A stretch of DNA of 35,998 nt from Candidatus Nomurabacteria bacterium (GTDB lineage: Bacteria > Patescibacteriota > Minisyncoccia > Phycocordibacterales > CALRBL01). Shown one piece after another: positions 1 through 8,112 of the stretch. The stretch covers positions 1 to 35,998 of the forward strand of contig CAWIDS010000003.1 in NCBI GenBank assembly GCA_963834935.1. Reading direction: 5' to 3'. The notes below the pieces were generated by a model. The model ran no database searches. It was not told the DNA's origin and saw only the letters and a program-made list of their open reading frames with translations. Numbering within the stretch: the stretch's first letter is position 1; each line of letters opens with the position of its first letter. The position numbers were made by a program, and so were the translations under genes.

Positions 1-880
1 TCAACCGTTGCAAGTAATAATCGTCGATTTCGTATTCCGGCTTTCTGAAAGCTTCATAGCTATAGGAATTCACATTCTGACTGTTCAAAAGGAATTTTTT
101 CTTGAAATCATTGTTAATATGAGCGATATACCCTTTTTGATATCCCAATTCTTTCATCAATCTTGCTCTTTGGACAAAAGTGAATACACCGAGTTGCGTA
201 TATCCTCGAAGGGTCTTGTTGATTATTCCCATGCCATTTCCATCATATGAGGGTATGCAGAAAGTGATGCCCACTATTTTTTCGCCATCCAATACTATTC
301 CACCATTCACATCCTTATTCCTTCCGAAATTATCCAGGAAAAATTCATCGTTGTGGATTCTTGCGAATTTATTCCTTTTTTCATCTCTCGTATGGCTCCA
401 GTCGATCAGGAATTTCTTAATGCTATCCATCTGGGCGAATTCGTATCTTTTGAAGGCAAGCTGAGGATGCCTCTCCAGGCATTTCTCATAATCCCTTCTT
501 ACCTTGGGGTCCTTCAGTGCTACAACAGCCTCGATGTCGATGACTAATTCCTCAGTAGTTTCATGCTTAGGTGAATTTTGAGGCGCTTCAATCAAATCAT
601 TAACCCCGATGTAATTTGGATCAAGATGGCTTGCTATGGCTTCGAGAAACGCCTTTGACGGCTCAGTGAGAAGGATTCGCACATCCTTCAGGCTTTCATT
701 CCATACAAGCAAGTGTTCTTCATCCTCCTGTCTGGCTATGTAGAGCTTTTTCAATCCTTGCCCGCACCACACCAGCAACGGATAGGGAGAAAAAAAGAAA
801 AGAGGAATAAAGGCTCGTCTTCTCAAAAATGAATCAAGGGTGCTGATTTCACTCGGAGTGATGTGTTGCAGCTCAAGCAT
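1..880 (-). CDS. DUF2156/LPG_synthase_C-like GNAT-fold protein (putative aminoacyl-tRNA-dependent transferase); 3' end runs off the window
   Basis: Translated by hand: ATG at 880-878, 3 nt after the ABC stop, open for 293 codons to base 1 (MLELQHITPSEISTLDSFLRRRAF...EELVIDIEAVVALKDPKVRRDYEKCLERHP...SIKKFLIDW...GGIVLDGEKIVGITF...GIINKTLRGYTQLG...). It is absent from the ORF track because there is no stop inside the window. The motif order resembles soluble DUF2156 proteins. Confidence 0.6.
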   Translation of the reverse strand, partial: MLELQHITPSEISTLDSFLRRRAFIPLFFFSPYPLLVWCGQGLKKLYIARQEDEEHLLVWNESLKDVRILLTEPSKAFLEAIASHLDPNYIGVNDLIEAPQNSPKHETTEELVIDIEAVVALKDPKVRRDYEKCLERHPQLAFKRYEFAQMDSIKKFLIDWSHTRDEKRNKFARIHNDEFFLDNFGRNKDVNGGIVLDGEKIVGITFCIPSYDGNGMGIINKTLRGYTQLGVFTFVQRARLMKELGYQKGYIAHINNDFKKKFLLNSQNVNSYSYEAFRKPEYEIDDYYLQRL

Positions 881-883
881 CCC

Positions 884-2671
884 TTAATCATGCAGCCCGA
901 TCTGCAATTCGTAAAGCCTTCGGTATTCCCCGCCGTCGATCTTGACCAGATCCTGATGCTTGCCTTTCTCGACTATCTGGCCGTCCTTGAAGACGAGAAT
1001 AGTGTCAGCGCGGCGAACAGTGCTCAGGCGATGCGCAATGATGAAGGTCGTCCTTCCTTTCATCAAGAGCTCGAATGACTCGGTGATTATCTTTTCAGAG
1101 CCTGCATCAAGTGCAGAGGTAGGCTCATCAAGGATGAGTATCTTTGGATCCTTGAGGATTGCCCGTGCGATCGCCACCCGCTGCTTTTGTCCGACTGAAA
1201 GCTTCAGACCCTTTTCACCGACGATCTGATCCCATTTATGAGGAAATTTTTCTATGAAAGTGCTGCAATGGGCTTTGTTGCAGGCATCGACCACTTCTTC
1301 AAAAGTTTTTCCGAAGCTTCCGTATTTGATGTTATTGAGGATCGTGTCGTTGAAGAGGCTTATTTCCTGGCTCACGATAGCAATTTCCTTGCGCAGCTCA
1401 TTTAGATTCATTTGTGTCACATCAATATCGTCAATCAGCACTTGCCCTTCTTTTGCAAAATGGTAGCCAAGAAGAAGATCTGCGAGAGTGCTTTTACCCA
1501 CGCCTGACTCTCCGACCAAAGCTATCGTCTCGCCAGAATTGACAATAAAACCCAGATTCCTGAGCACGGGGTTTTCTATGTCATAATAATAGCTGACATT
1601 TTTGAATTCCACCTTACCTTCTTTTATCTTGTGGATCGTCTCTGTCGGGGCGTAATTTTCTGTCGGCAAATCGAGAACCAGTTCTGTATCTTCAATGGCA
1701 ATGATTCCGTTCTGGATGCTTTTCCAATTATTGATTATGTTCGAGAGCGGCCCGAATATCATCAGCGCATAGGTGTTGTAGGCCAGCATGTTTCCAAGCG
1801 ACATCTCTCCCTTTGAAATCATGTAGATCGAGATTATCAGTACGAAAGCCCGCACGGTGATACGTATCCTGTTCTGCATCGCGCCTGTATATCTCTGTAT
1901 GGTGACAAGCTTGTACCATGCTGACATAGCTTCTTTCTGATACGTATCATCAGCTTTCTGTTTCTCATAGTCCTCGGTATTGAAGTCTTTTACCGATCGG
2001 ATGTTGGTGAGGGCATCCTGTATCAAGCCGTTCGCTTTGGTGTAGTATTTGTTCACTTCTCTCTGTAAGGCGACTGTCGGCGCGATCTCGATGGCTGAGA
2101 AGTATACGTAGCCGATGAGTGCGATAGCAACCACTCCGCCCATGTAGATATTCGTCAGGAGCACGAAGAAGAACATAATGATGGCAGTGGCAAGCTGCGG
2201 TAGCGACTGGAGTATGGCGCTTGAGAAGATGTCGCTTATTCCCCTCGCCGACCTCATTATCTTTTCGCTTGTCTCGCCGGCCTTAACGCCCTTGTGGAAT
2301 GCTAATGGCAGCTTGAAGAGATGGGCGAATGCTTTTGTCAGGTATGAGACTCTGACGTTCTCTTCTACCCAGCGTGCCTCGAGAGCATTGCGCAAGTCGG
2401 CAAAGCTTTGTACGACAAGCAATACGAAGTAAATGAAAAGTATGCCGAAGGCCTGCAGGAAAGAGCGGCCGTAAACGGTGATGAATTTCTTAGCATTGAT
2501 AGAATCGATGACTCTTCCCCAGATATACGGGCTTACTGCATCAACGGCAGATGAAATGATGATAAGCACGAAAATGAGGATCAGCTGCCGTTTGTACTCC
2601 CTAGTATATTTGAAGATATCCTTGAGGCCTTTGATAATAAGTTTCAGCCCAAATTGTTGTTCGTTTTGCAT
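884..2671 (-). CDS. ABC exporter half-transporter (ABCB/MsbA-Sav1866-like, TMD fused to NBD)
   Basis: N-terminal multi-TM domain; Walker A GESGVGKST, signature LSVGQ, Walker B ILILDE, D-loop SALD, H-switch IAHR. Confidence 0.95.
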   Translation of the reverse strand: MQNEQQFGLKLIIKGLKDIFKYTREYKRQLILIFVLIIISSAVDAVSPYIWGRVIDSINAKKFITVYGRSFLQAFGILFIYFVLLVVQSFADLRNALEARWVEENVRVSYLTKAFAHLFKLPLAFHKGVKAGETSEKIMRSARGISDIFSSAILQSLPQLATAIIMFFFVLLTNIYMGGVVAIALIGYVYFSAIEIAPTVALQREVNKYYTKANGLIQDALTNIRSVKDFNTEDYEKQKADDTYQKEAMSAWYKLVTIQRYTGAMQNRIRITVRAFVLIISIYMISKGEMSLGNMLAYNTYALMIFGPLSNIINNWKSIQNGIIAIEDTELVLDLPTENYAPTETIHKIKEGKVEFKNVSYYYDIENPVLRNLGFIVNSGETIALVGESGVGKSTLADLLLGYHFAKEGQVLIDDIDVTQMNLNELRKEIAIVSQEISLFNDTILNNIKYGSFGKTFEEVVDACNKAHCSTFIEKFPHKWDQIVGEKGLKLSVGQKQRVAIARAILKDPKILILDEPTSALDAGSEKIITESFELLMKGRTTFIIAHRLSTVRRADTILVFKDGQIVEKGKHQDLVKIDGGEYRRLYELQIGLHD

Positions 2672-2731
2672 GGTTAAGTAGACGTAAAATAGGCCTTTTT
2701 GCTTACACAGGCCAAATATGCTAGGATATGC

Positions 2732-3679
2732 TTACAAATTGACTCCTACTGCTTCCCTTACCTCTTTCATCTTTCGCACAGCGACAGCCCTGGCAAGAGC
2801 ATTTCCTTCCATCAGCATTTCGATTATTTCAGGAATTTTGTTTTCGAATTCCTTTCTTTTCTCGCGGAGCGGAGTGATGAATGCTATAAGATCTTCGATG
2901 AGCGCATCTTTGAGTGCCTTGTATTTACCTTTGTGTTCATGGTACAGGGCATCAAGCGATTCTTTGTCACGGAGCAACGAGTGGATAGCATAGACATTTT
3001 TTGGAATATCGGAATCTGAATCAGTGACGATAGCCATAACCTGCTTTTTGATTTCCTCATCGCTTGCAAAAAGCGGAATGGTATTGTGATAGCTCTTACT
3101 CATCTTCTGACCGTCAATACCAGGGACGGTAGCAACACTTTCCAGGACCATTGCTTCAGGAAGCTTAAAGACTTCGTGCTTGAAAACACGATTGAATTTT
3201 TCAGCGGTATCGCGAGTGATCTCGACATGCTGTTTCTGGTCCTTTCCTACAGGCACGATATCAGGACTGTAGAGCAGAATGTCAGTTGCCATAAGCATCG
3301 GATAATTGAATGTGCCGACGCTGACTTCCTTTCCTTTTGCTTCTGCGTCCTTGAAAGCGTGAGCGCGCTGGAGATATGCCATGGTAGTGATGCTATCGAA
3401 GATCCAAGCAAGCTCGAAATGCTCAGGAATATCTGATTGCTTGAAGATAGTCACCTTTTTAGGATCGAGTCCGATGGCAAGGTAGTCAAGGATGATGCCT
3501 AGAATGTTCTCCTTCATCTTTTCCTTGTCTTGGATAGTGGTCAAGGCATGATAATCGGCGATCATCACGAAGCCTTTGTTGCCGCTGTTTTGAAGATCGA
3601 CGAACTGCTTCATGGCGCCGAAATAGTTGCCGATATGGGGACGGCCAGTGGGTTTTACTGCCGAGAGGAATGTTTTCAT
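2732..3679 (-). CDS. trpS: Tryptophanyl-tRNA synthetase
   Basis: KPTGRPHIGNY (HIGH), YPMLMATDILLY, VPVGKDQKQH, KMSKS. Confidence 0.97.
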   Translation of the reverse strand: MKTFLSAVKPTGRPHIGNYFGAMKQFVDLQNSGNKGFVMIADYHALTTIQDKEKMKENILGIILDYLAIGLDPKKVTIFKQSDIPEHFELAWIFDSITTMAYLQRAHAFKDAEAKGKEVSVGTFNYPMLMATDILLYSPDIVPVGKDQKQHVEITRDTAEKFNRVFKHEVFKLPEAMVLESVATVPGIDGQKMSKSYHNTIPLFASDEEIKKQVMAIVTDSDSDIPKNVYAIHSLLRDKESLDALYHEHKGKYKALKDALIEDLIAFITPLREKRKEFENKIPEIIEMLMEGNALARAVAVRKMKEVREAVGVNL

Positions 3680-3689
3680 GGTTTGAATA

Positions 3690-4937
3690 TTATTTTTCTA
3701 AAGTTATCTTGTAAAACTGTCTCTTGCCGACGCGGATTCGGCTTTCGGTGGCGAGGGTATCAATGGAAAAAATCTCGTCTGTCTCGTTGTTGCGCACGCC
3801 TCCTTGCTCGAAAAGCCTGCGAAGCTCACTCTTGGTGGCAAAATATGGAATGAGCATTTCAAAATAGGTCTCGCCCTCCTTTGCTTGGATGCCGACATAG
3901 TCTTCTTCAGTCAATTCCTTCTTGGCGAATTTGCGCTCGAAATTTTCTTTCTGTTCTTGTCCTTCGGTAAGATTTTTTGTTTCAAGAGCGAGCAAGAGGA
4001 TTCCGAGCCATTTCTTGCATTCGAGCGGATGAGTGCCGATCAGTATTTTTAGGTCTTCGAGCTCGTTCTTGTGAACATCTGCAAATGCGATGAACCATGG
4101 AAGGATGAGATGGTCGGGAATGCTCATCACTTTGCCAAATTTCTCTTCAGCCGAAGCATTGAGCGGTATGCCATTGCCTAGTGATTTCGACATCTTTTTA
4201 CCTGAACCGTCAGTGCCTTCGATAAGCGGAGTGCAAAGGGCGATTTCAGGCGTCATGCCTTCCGAACTCATCAACTCCCTGCACTGCTGGAAGTTGATGA
4301 GTTGGTCGATGCCACCGATTTCAATGTCAGTCTTCAGCTGGATCGAATCAAGCCCCATTAGGAAGCCATAAAGCACTTCTGCTAAAGAGACGGAGTGTCC
4401 AGCAGCGAGGCGTTTCCGAAAATCCTCGCGCTGAGTGGTAGATGAAAGGGTCAGATGCTGCAGATGGCCGAAAATGTCGGAGAGGTTTATTTTAGAAAGC
4501 CACAACGAATTGAAATGAAAGTCCACCTTCTTAAGCTCGATGTAAGGGCTGATTTGCGAAGCGAAGCCTTCAGCATTTCCCTGCACCTCTTCCATAGTTA
4601 GAGTTTTGCGCGCATGCTCCCTTTCGCTCGGGTCGCCCACCATTGCAGTGAAGTCGCCAGTGATGAAGTCGATGTGATGTCCAGCTTTCTGGAACTGGCG
4701 AAGAAGCATCAGCGGTACGATATGGCCTATATGCAGGTCTTTGGCGGTGGCGTCGGTACCAAGCTTCACATTGAGTTTATTTTTTGCGTCAAGCAAAGCT
4801 TTAAGCCTTTCAGTGGTCAGAATCTGCTGGCATTTGACTTCCACGAAGCCGAGGAATTCGTCTGCAGGCATGGCAGACCAATCCTCGCTTATCCTGGCAA
4901 AAAATCGTTCAAAAAGGGTGGTGTCTAAGGGATTCAT
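3690..4937 (-). CDS. tyrS: Tyrosyl-tRNA synthetase-family protein, divergent (possible paralog)
   Basis: VKLGTDATAKDLHIGH, GDFTAMVGDPS, GGIDQ, KKMSKSLGN and a C-terminal S4-like domain (SELRRLFEQGGV...RVGKRQF). The substrate helix reads YGFLMGLD instead of YPxxQxYD. Confidence 0.85.
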   Translation of the reverse strand: MNPLDTTLFERFFARISEDWSAMPADEFLGFVEVKCQQILTTERLKALLDAKNKLNVKLGTDATAKDLHIGHIVPLMLLRQFQKAGHHIDFITGDFTAMVGDPSEREHARKTLTMEEVQGNAEGFASQISPYIELKKVDFHFNSLWLSKINLSDIFGHLQHLTLSSTTQREDFRKRLAAGHSVSLAEVLYGFLMGLDSIQLKTDIEIGGIDQLINFQQCRELMSSEGMTPEIALCTPLIEGTDGSGKKMSKSLGNGIPLNASAEEKFGKVMSIPDHLILPWFIAFADVHKNELEDLKILIGTHPLECKKWLGILLLALETKNLTEGQEQKENFERKFAKKELTEEDYVGIQAKEGETYFEMLIPYFATKSELRRLFEQGGVRNNETDEIFSIDTLATESRIRVGKRQFYKITLEK

Positions 4938-4943
4938 GATCTA

Positions 4944-4965
4944 ATACTAGCTTTAATGGTATACT
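4944..4965. promoter_or_regulatory. Back-to-back divergent -10 elements for tyrS (minus, TAGTAT at 4949-4944) and the histidine kinase (plus, TG-G-TATACT at 4957-4965)
   Basis: Each hexamer lies exactly 6 nt from its ATG, within a 34-bp intergenic gap. Confidence 0.55.
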
Positions 4966-4971
4966 TTCGCA

Positions 4972-6324
4972 ATGGAGTCCATACAGAAAGGGCTGAAGAA
5001 GATAAAAGATAATCCCCAGCTCGTCTACACTATTTTCGTTGCCCTGCTCATCATCGCCGCTTTCATCTTCATGGCGAACATGTTCATCGGCATTGCAACC
5101 GACGCCGAAGAACGGCTGATCAATGTCCGCATCGGCTCGATACAGGATTCATTCGTATCCTTTGCGGGGGATTATCTTGATCAGCCAGACTACTTGGATC
5201 AGAAAATAAAAGACATAGTCAATGACAATCAGACGATCGAGGATTTCCGTGTGATCGAGAAATCAGAGAGTGCGACCTCTTCATCGCCATACGTCACTAT
5301 CGCCTCATCAGGCCAGAATGTGATTGCCACTTCAAGCGACGAGGATCAATTCCTCTATTCGCTTGCCGTCAGCCAGCCGGCTAATTCGCTTACTATCACA
5401 GATGAATCGAACGGTCAGAGGATTTTCCGAACCACACGCGCTATCACCGATACTTCGGGAAATGTCACCGCCGTAGTGGTCTCGACGCAGACGCTTTCCG
5501 AAGCTGACATGCAGATCGAGAACAATATCCAACGCAGCATCATCATTTTGATCGCCGTGCTCATCGTCATCATGCTTCTCTTCCTCCGCCATTCGCGCAT
5601 CATCGATTACATGTCCCTCTACAAGAAGCTCAAGGAAGTCGATCAGCTCAAGGACGATTTCCTCTCGATGGCCTCGCATGAGCTTCGCACGCCGCTTACG
5701 GTCATCCGTGGCTATTCGGAATTCATCCGCGAAGCGCCCGAGCTTTCGCCGAAGACGCTCGACTTCGCACAGAAGATCGACATGTCGGCAAAGGATCTTG
5801 ATTCGCTGGTAGCCGACATGCTTGATGTTTCGCGCATCGAGCAAGGAAGGATGACTTTCAAGTTGGAAATCGACAATCCGAAAGCGATCGTAGATGAGGT
5901 GTCGGCTTCCCTTAGAGTCACAGTAGAGGCAAAAGGCTTGAAGTTGACAACTACAGACGAAACAAAACCTGAGCAAAAGATCTCAGCAGACAAAGTTCGC
6001 CTTAAGCAGATCCTGGTTAATGTCATTGGCAATTCAGTCAAATATACCCTCAAGGGAGAAGTATCAGTTCATCAGTATATCGAGAAAGGCAGGCTCTTCA
6101 TCCGCGTCGACGACACAGGTATCGGCATGAGCGCCGAAGACCAGAAGAACCTTTTCCAGAAATTTTACCGTATCAGGAATAAGGACACCGAAAGCATCAT
6201 GGGCACCGGCCTCGGCCTTTGGATCACGAAGTCGATGGTGGAACAGATGAATGGTTCCCTTACTGTCGAATCGATACAAGGCGTCGGCTCGCATTTCCTG
6301 ATCTCCTTTCCGCTGGTGACCTAA
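4972..6324 (+). CDS. Sensor histidine kinase (two TM helices, extracytoplasmic sensor, HisKA + HATPase_c)
   Basis: H-box SMASHELRTPL, N-box NVIGNSVKYT, G1 DDTGIG, G2 GTGLGL. Confidence 0.95.
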   Translation: MESIQKGLKKIKDNPQLVYTIFVALLIIAAFIFMANMFIGIATDAEERLINVRIGSIQDSFVSFAGDYLDQPDYLDQKIKDIVNDNQTIEDFRVIEKSESATSSSPYVTIASSGQNVIATSSDEDQFLYSLAVSQPANSLTITDESNGQRIFRTTRAITDTSGNVTAVVVSTQTLSEADMQIENNIQRSIIILIAVLIVIMLLFLRHSRIIDYMSLYKKLKEVDQLKDDFLSMASHELRTPLTVIRGYSEFIREAPELSPKTLDFAQKIDMSAKDLDSLVADMLDVSRIEQGRMTFKLEIDNPKAIVDEVSASLRVTVEAKGLKLTTTDETKPEQKISADKVRLKQILVNVIGNSVKYTLKGEVSVHQYIEKGRLFIRVDDTGIGMSAEDQKNLFQKFYRIRNKDTESIMGTGLGLWITKSMVEQMNGSLTVESIQGVGSHFLISFPLVT

Positions 6325-6351
6325 GAATTTTGAGAGTATAATGTAGCCACT

Positions 6352-6636
6352 ATGTCAAACGTCGTCTTCGACGAAGAGAGGGTGTTACGGCTGAATAATA
6401 TTGAAGTGAAAAAAAAGATACCTACTCTTCCGCGTTTTGTCATCTCTCTTCATTTGGCGAAAAATGAACTTCAAGCAAATATAGTTTTAATTGTTGTTAC
6501 TTTGATTTGTTTGGGGACAGCCCTTTTTCTCATCATAGCTCCCCATCAACAAAATACTATGATTACCCTCCCTGACGGAACAAAAATAACCCCAGCTGAA
6601 TACTTCCAAGGGGTAAGAGATAAAATATACCAATAG
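6352..6636 (+). CDS. Small single-pass membrane protein, unknown function
   Basis: 94 aa ORF with one hydrophobic helix (IVLIVVTLICLGTALFLII); TATAAT at 6337-6342 upstream; ends 4 nt before the pilin gene. Confidence 0.7.
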   Translation: MSNVVFDEERVLRLNNIEVKKKIPTLPRFVISLHLAKNELQANIVLIVVTLICLGTALFLIIAPHQQNTMITLPDGTKITPAEYFQGVRDKIYQ

Positions 6637-6640
6637 GCTT

Positions 6641-7183
6641 ATGAAAAAAATAAATAACAAAAAAAAGAACAATCACGGCTTCACTTTGATTGAACTTTTA
6701 GTCGTTATTTCAATCATTGCTCTCCTCTCTACTATTGTCCTAGCAAGCCTTCAAACAGCCCGGGCAAAATCTCGCGATGCAAAGCGAATCGAATTAGTGA
6801 AGGAATATGCAAATGCCCTGGAATTGTATAGAACTGATAATGGTACCTATCCCGTGGTCACAACTGGAACATATTACTGTTTGGGAGAAGCTCAAACTGG
6901 AACAAATAATGAATGTTACGGGGCTTCGTCTGACGGTTTGACTAGTCTAAATAATCTATTAAAAACATATATTCCAGGACCCCCCGCAAGTACTGATCCT
7001 TTAGTTGTTTCAGGAAATGATTTGCATGGAATTGTCTATACACTTTGTCCAACAAATGGGGGAGTAATTTGTCCTGCGGCCTATCAATTAAAATGGTACA
7101 TGGAAGTCAATCCAGATGGATGTGCGGGGGGAGTGAATAAACTTAATAGTCCTCCATTAATTATGTGTGTCTATCCTCAATAA
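6641..7183 (+). CDS. Type IV pilin / GspG-like pseudopilin
   Basis: Basic leader plus prepilin cleavage/methylation motif G|FTLIELLVVISII; ARAKSRDAKR...LELYRTDNGTYP; four Cys in the variable domain. Confidence 0.93.
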   Translation: MKKINNKKKNNHGFTLIELLVVISIIALLSTIVLASLQTARAKSRDAKRIELVKEYANALELYRTDNGTYPVVTTGTYYCLGEAQTGTNNECYGASSDGLTSLNNLLKTYIPGPPASTDPLVVSGNDLHGIVYTLCPTNGGVICPAAYQLKWYMEVNPDGCAGGVNKLNSPPLIMCVYPQ

Positions 7184-7214
7184 ATAAAAAAGGCTAGACA
7201 CACGGGTCTAGCCT
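7181..7214 (-). terminator. Intrinsic terminator between the convergent pilin and PEP-CTERM genes
   Basis: Perfect 9-bp stem AGGCTAGAC (7191-7199) / GTCTAGCCT (7206-7214) with a 6-nt loop; the A-run on its left is a U-tract on the minus strand. Confidence 0.8.
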
Positions 7215-7240
7215 AAGGTTTGTATGGAAAACATACTGCT

Positions 7241-7981
7241 CTACCGACGCGAGCGACGGTACCGGAGAAGCATGACGATTCCTCCGATAAATGTGACAGA
7301 GGTCGCCGGCTCAGGAACTGCTTGCGATTGAGATTGGATGGTCTGCCCCCCACCTGGCTTAAGGGTGACAAACACTCCTGTGAAGTCATTGTCTGAGGCT
7401 TGGAGAAAACCAGCAACAGGAATGAAGGTTGCCTGAATTTCCTTGATGGACGTTCCATGAAGGAGTACTGCATCCAAATCTTGTCCATCTGCGGGGCCAG
7501 CTTTCAGGTTTCCGATATTGAACGTATTGTCGTCAGTTGTGGTGACGACGACATTGTCTAACTCGATGGCGCTTCCCTGCCAATTTCCCTGGAGAATGAT
7601 AGCTGTGTCCTCAAATGAATCTGTCGGACGGTACACATCGGTGACAAAACTACCAATAGTGAGGGTAAAGGCACCACCACCGTTGTTGAGCCAGGTCAGC
7701 GGGTAGCTGGAATTCCAGATCCACTGGCCGACGTCCACATTCTCGGAATTCTGATAGACCGCTCCCAAGCCAAACTCAGGAGTAGTCTGATAACCCCCAG
7801 CGTCGATGGTACCCTGAAGACCTTCCTCAAAGCCTTGGTTAGGATCTTCGATCATCGCGACTTGAGAGCCGCTAAGCGAGGTCGCTGTTAAGCTGGCCTG
7901 CACTGTTGCACTGGAAATCATTGTGATCGCCAGTACACAAACTGCAAAAAAGAGGTTTTTCACGTCTCTGTTTCCTTTCAT
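7241..7981 (-). CDS. Secreted PEP-CTERM sorting-domain protein
   Basis: N-terminal signal peptide (..LAITMISSATVQA); C-terminus VPEPAT + hydrophobic helix + basic tail RYRRSRR. Confidence 0.9.
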   Translation of the reverse strand: MKGNRDVKNLFFAVCVLAITMISSATVQASLTATSLSGSQVAMIEDPNQGFEEGLQGTIDAGGYQTTPEFGLGAVYQNSENVDVGQWIWNSSYPLTWLNNGGGAFTLTIGSFVTDVYRPTDSFEDTAIILQGNWQGSAIELDNVVVTTTDDNTFNIGNLKAGPADGQDLDAVLLHGTSIKEIQATFIPVAGFLQASDNDFTGVFVTLKPGGGQTIQSQSQAVPEPATSVTFIGGIVMLLRYRRSRR

Positions 7982-8052
7982 TTACTAACTGAATTTCAGT
8001 GAACTGACGCTTCCTGTTGAGCCACTTAGCCCACGGAAGTTCTACGAAGTCA

Positions 8053-8080
8053 ATAGTACCATAGATTGGGGAAAATGCAA
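8053..8080 (-). promoter_or_regulatory. Sigma70-type promoter of the PEP-CTERM gene
   Basis: TTGCAT (8080-8075), 16-nt spacer, TACTAT (8058-8053) preceded by TG-n (extended -10). Confidence 0.5.
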
Positions 8081-8112
8081 GGGCTTATATGATAACTGTC
8101 TCCGTCGCTTCT

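Noticed and set aside
2692-2713. GGCCT-N12-AGGCC inverted repeat between trpS and the ABC gene
   Set aside because: Only a 5-bp stem with a long loop, too weak to call a terminator. It does leave open whether trpS and the ABC gene are co-transcribed.
4938-4971. Possible T-box leader for tyrS/trpS
   Set aside because: The gap is only 34 bp; a T-box needs roughly 200 nt, and no T-box motif is present.
5332-5976. 214 aa minus-strand ORF
   Set aside because: Antisense shadow of the histidine kinase gene; no motifs of its own.
7988-8000. ACTGAA-T-TTCAGT palindrome near the PEP-CTERM start
   Set aside because: Short, single copy and AT-rich; could easily occur by chance.
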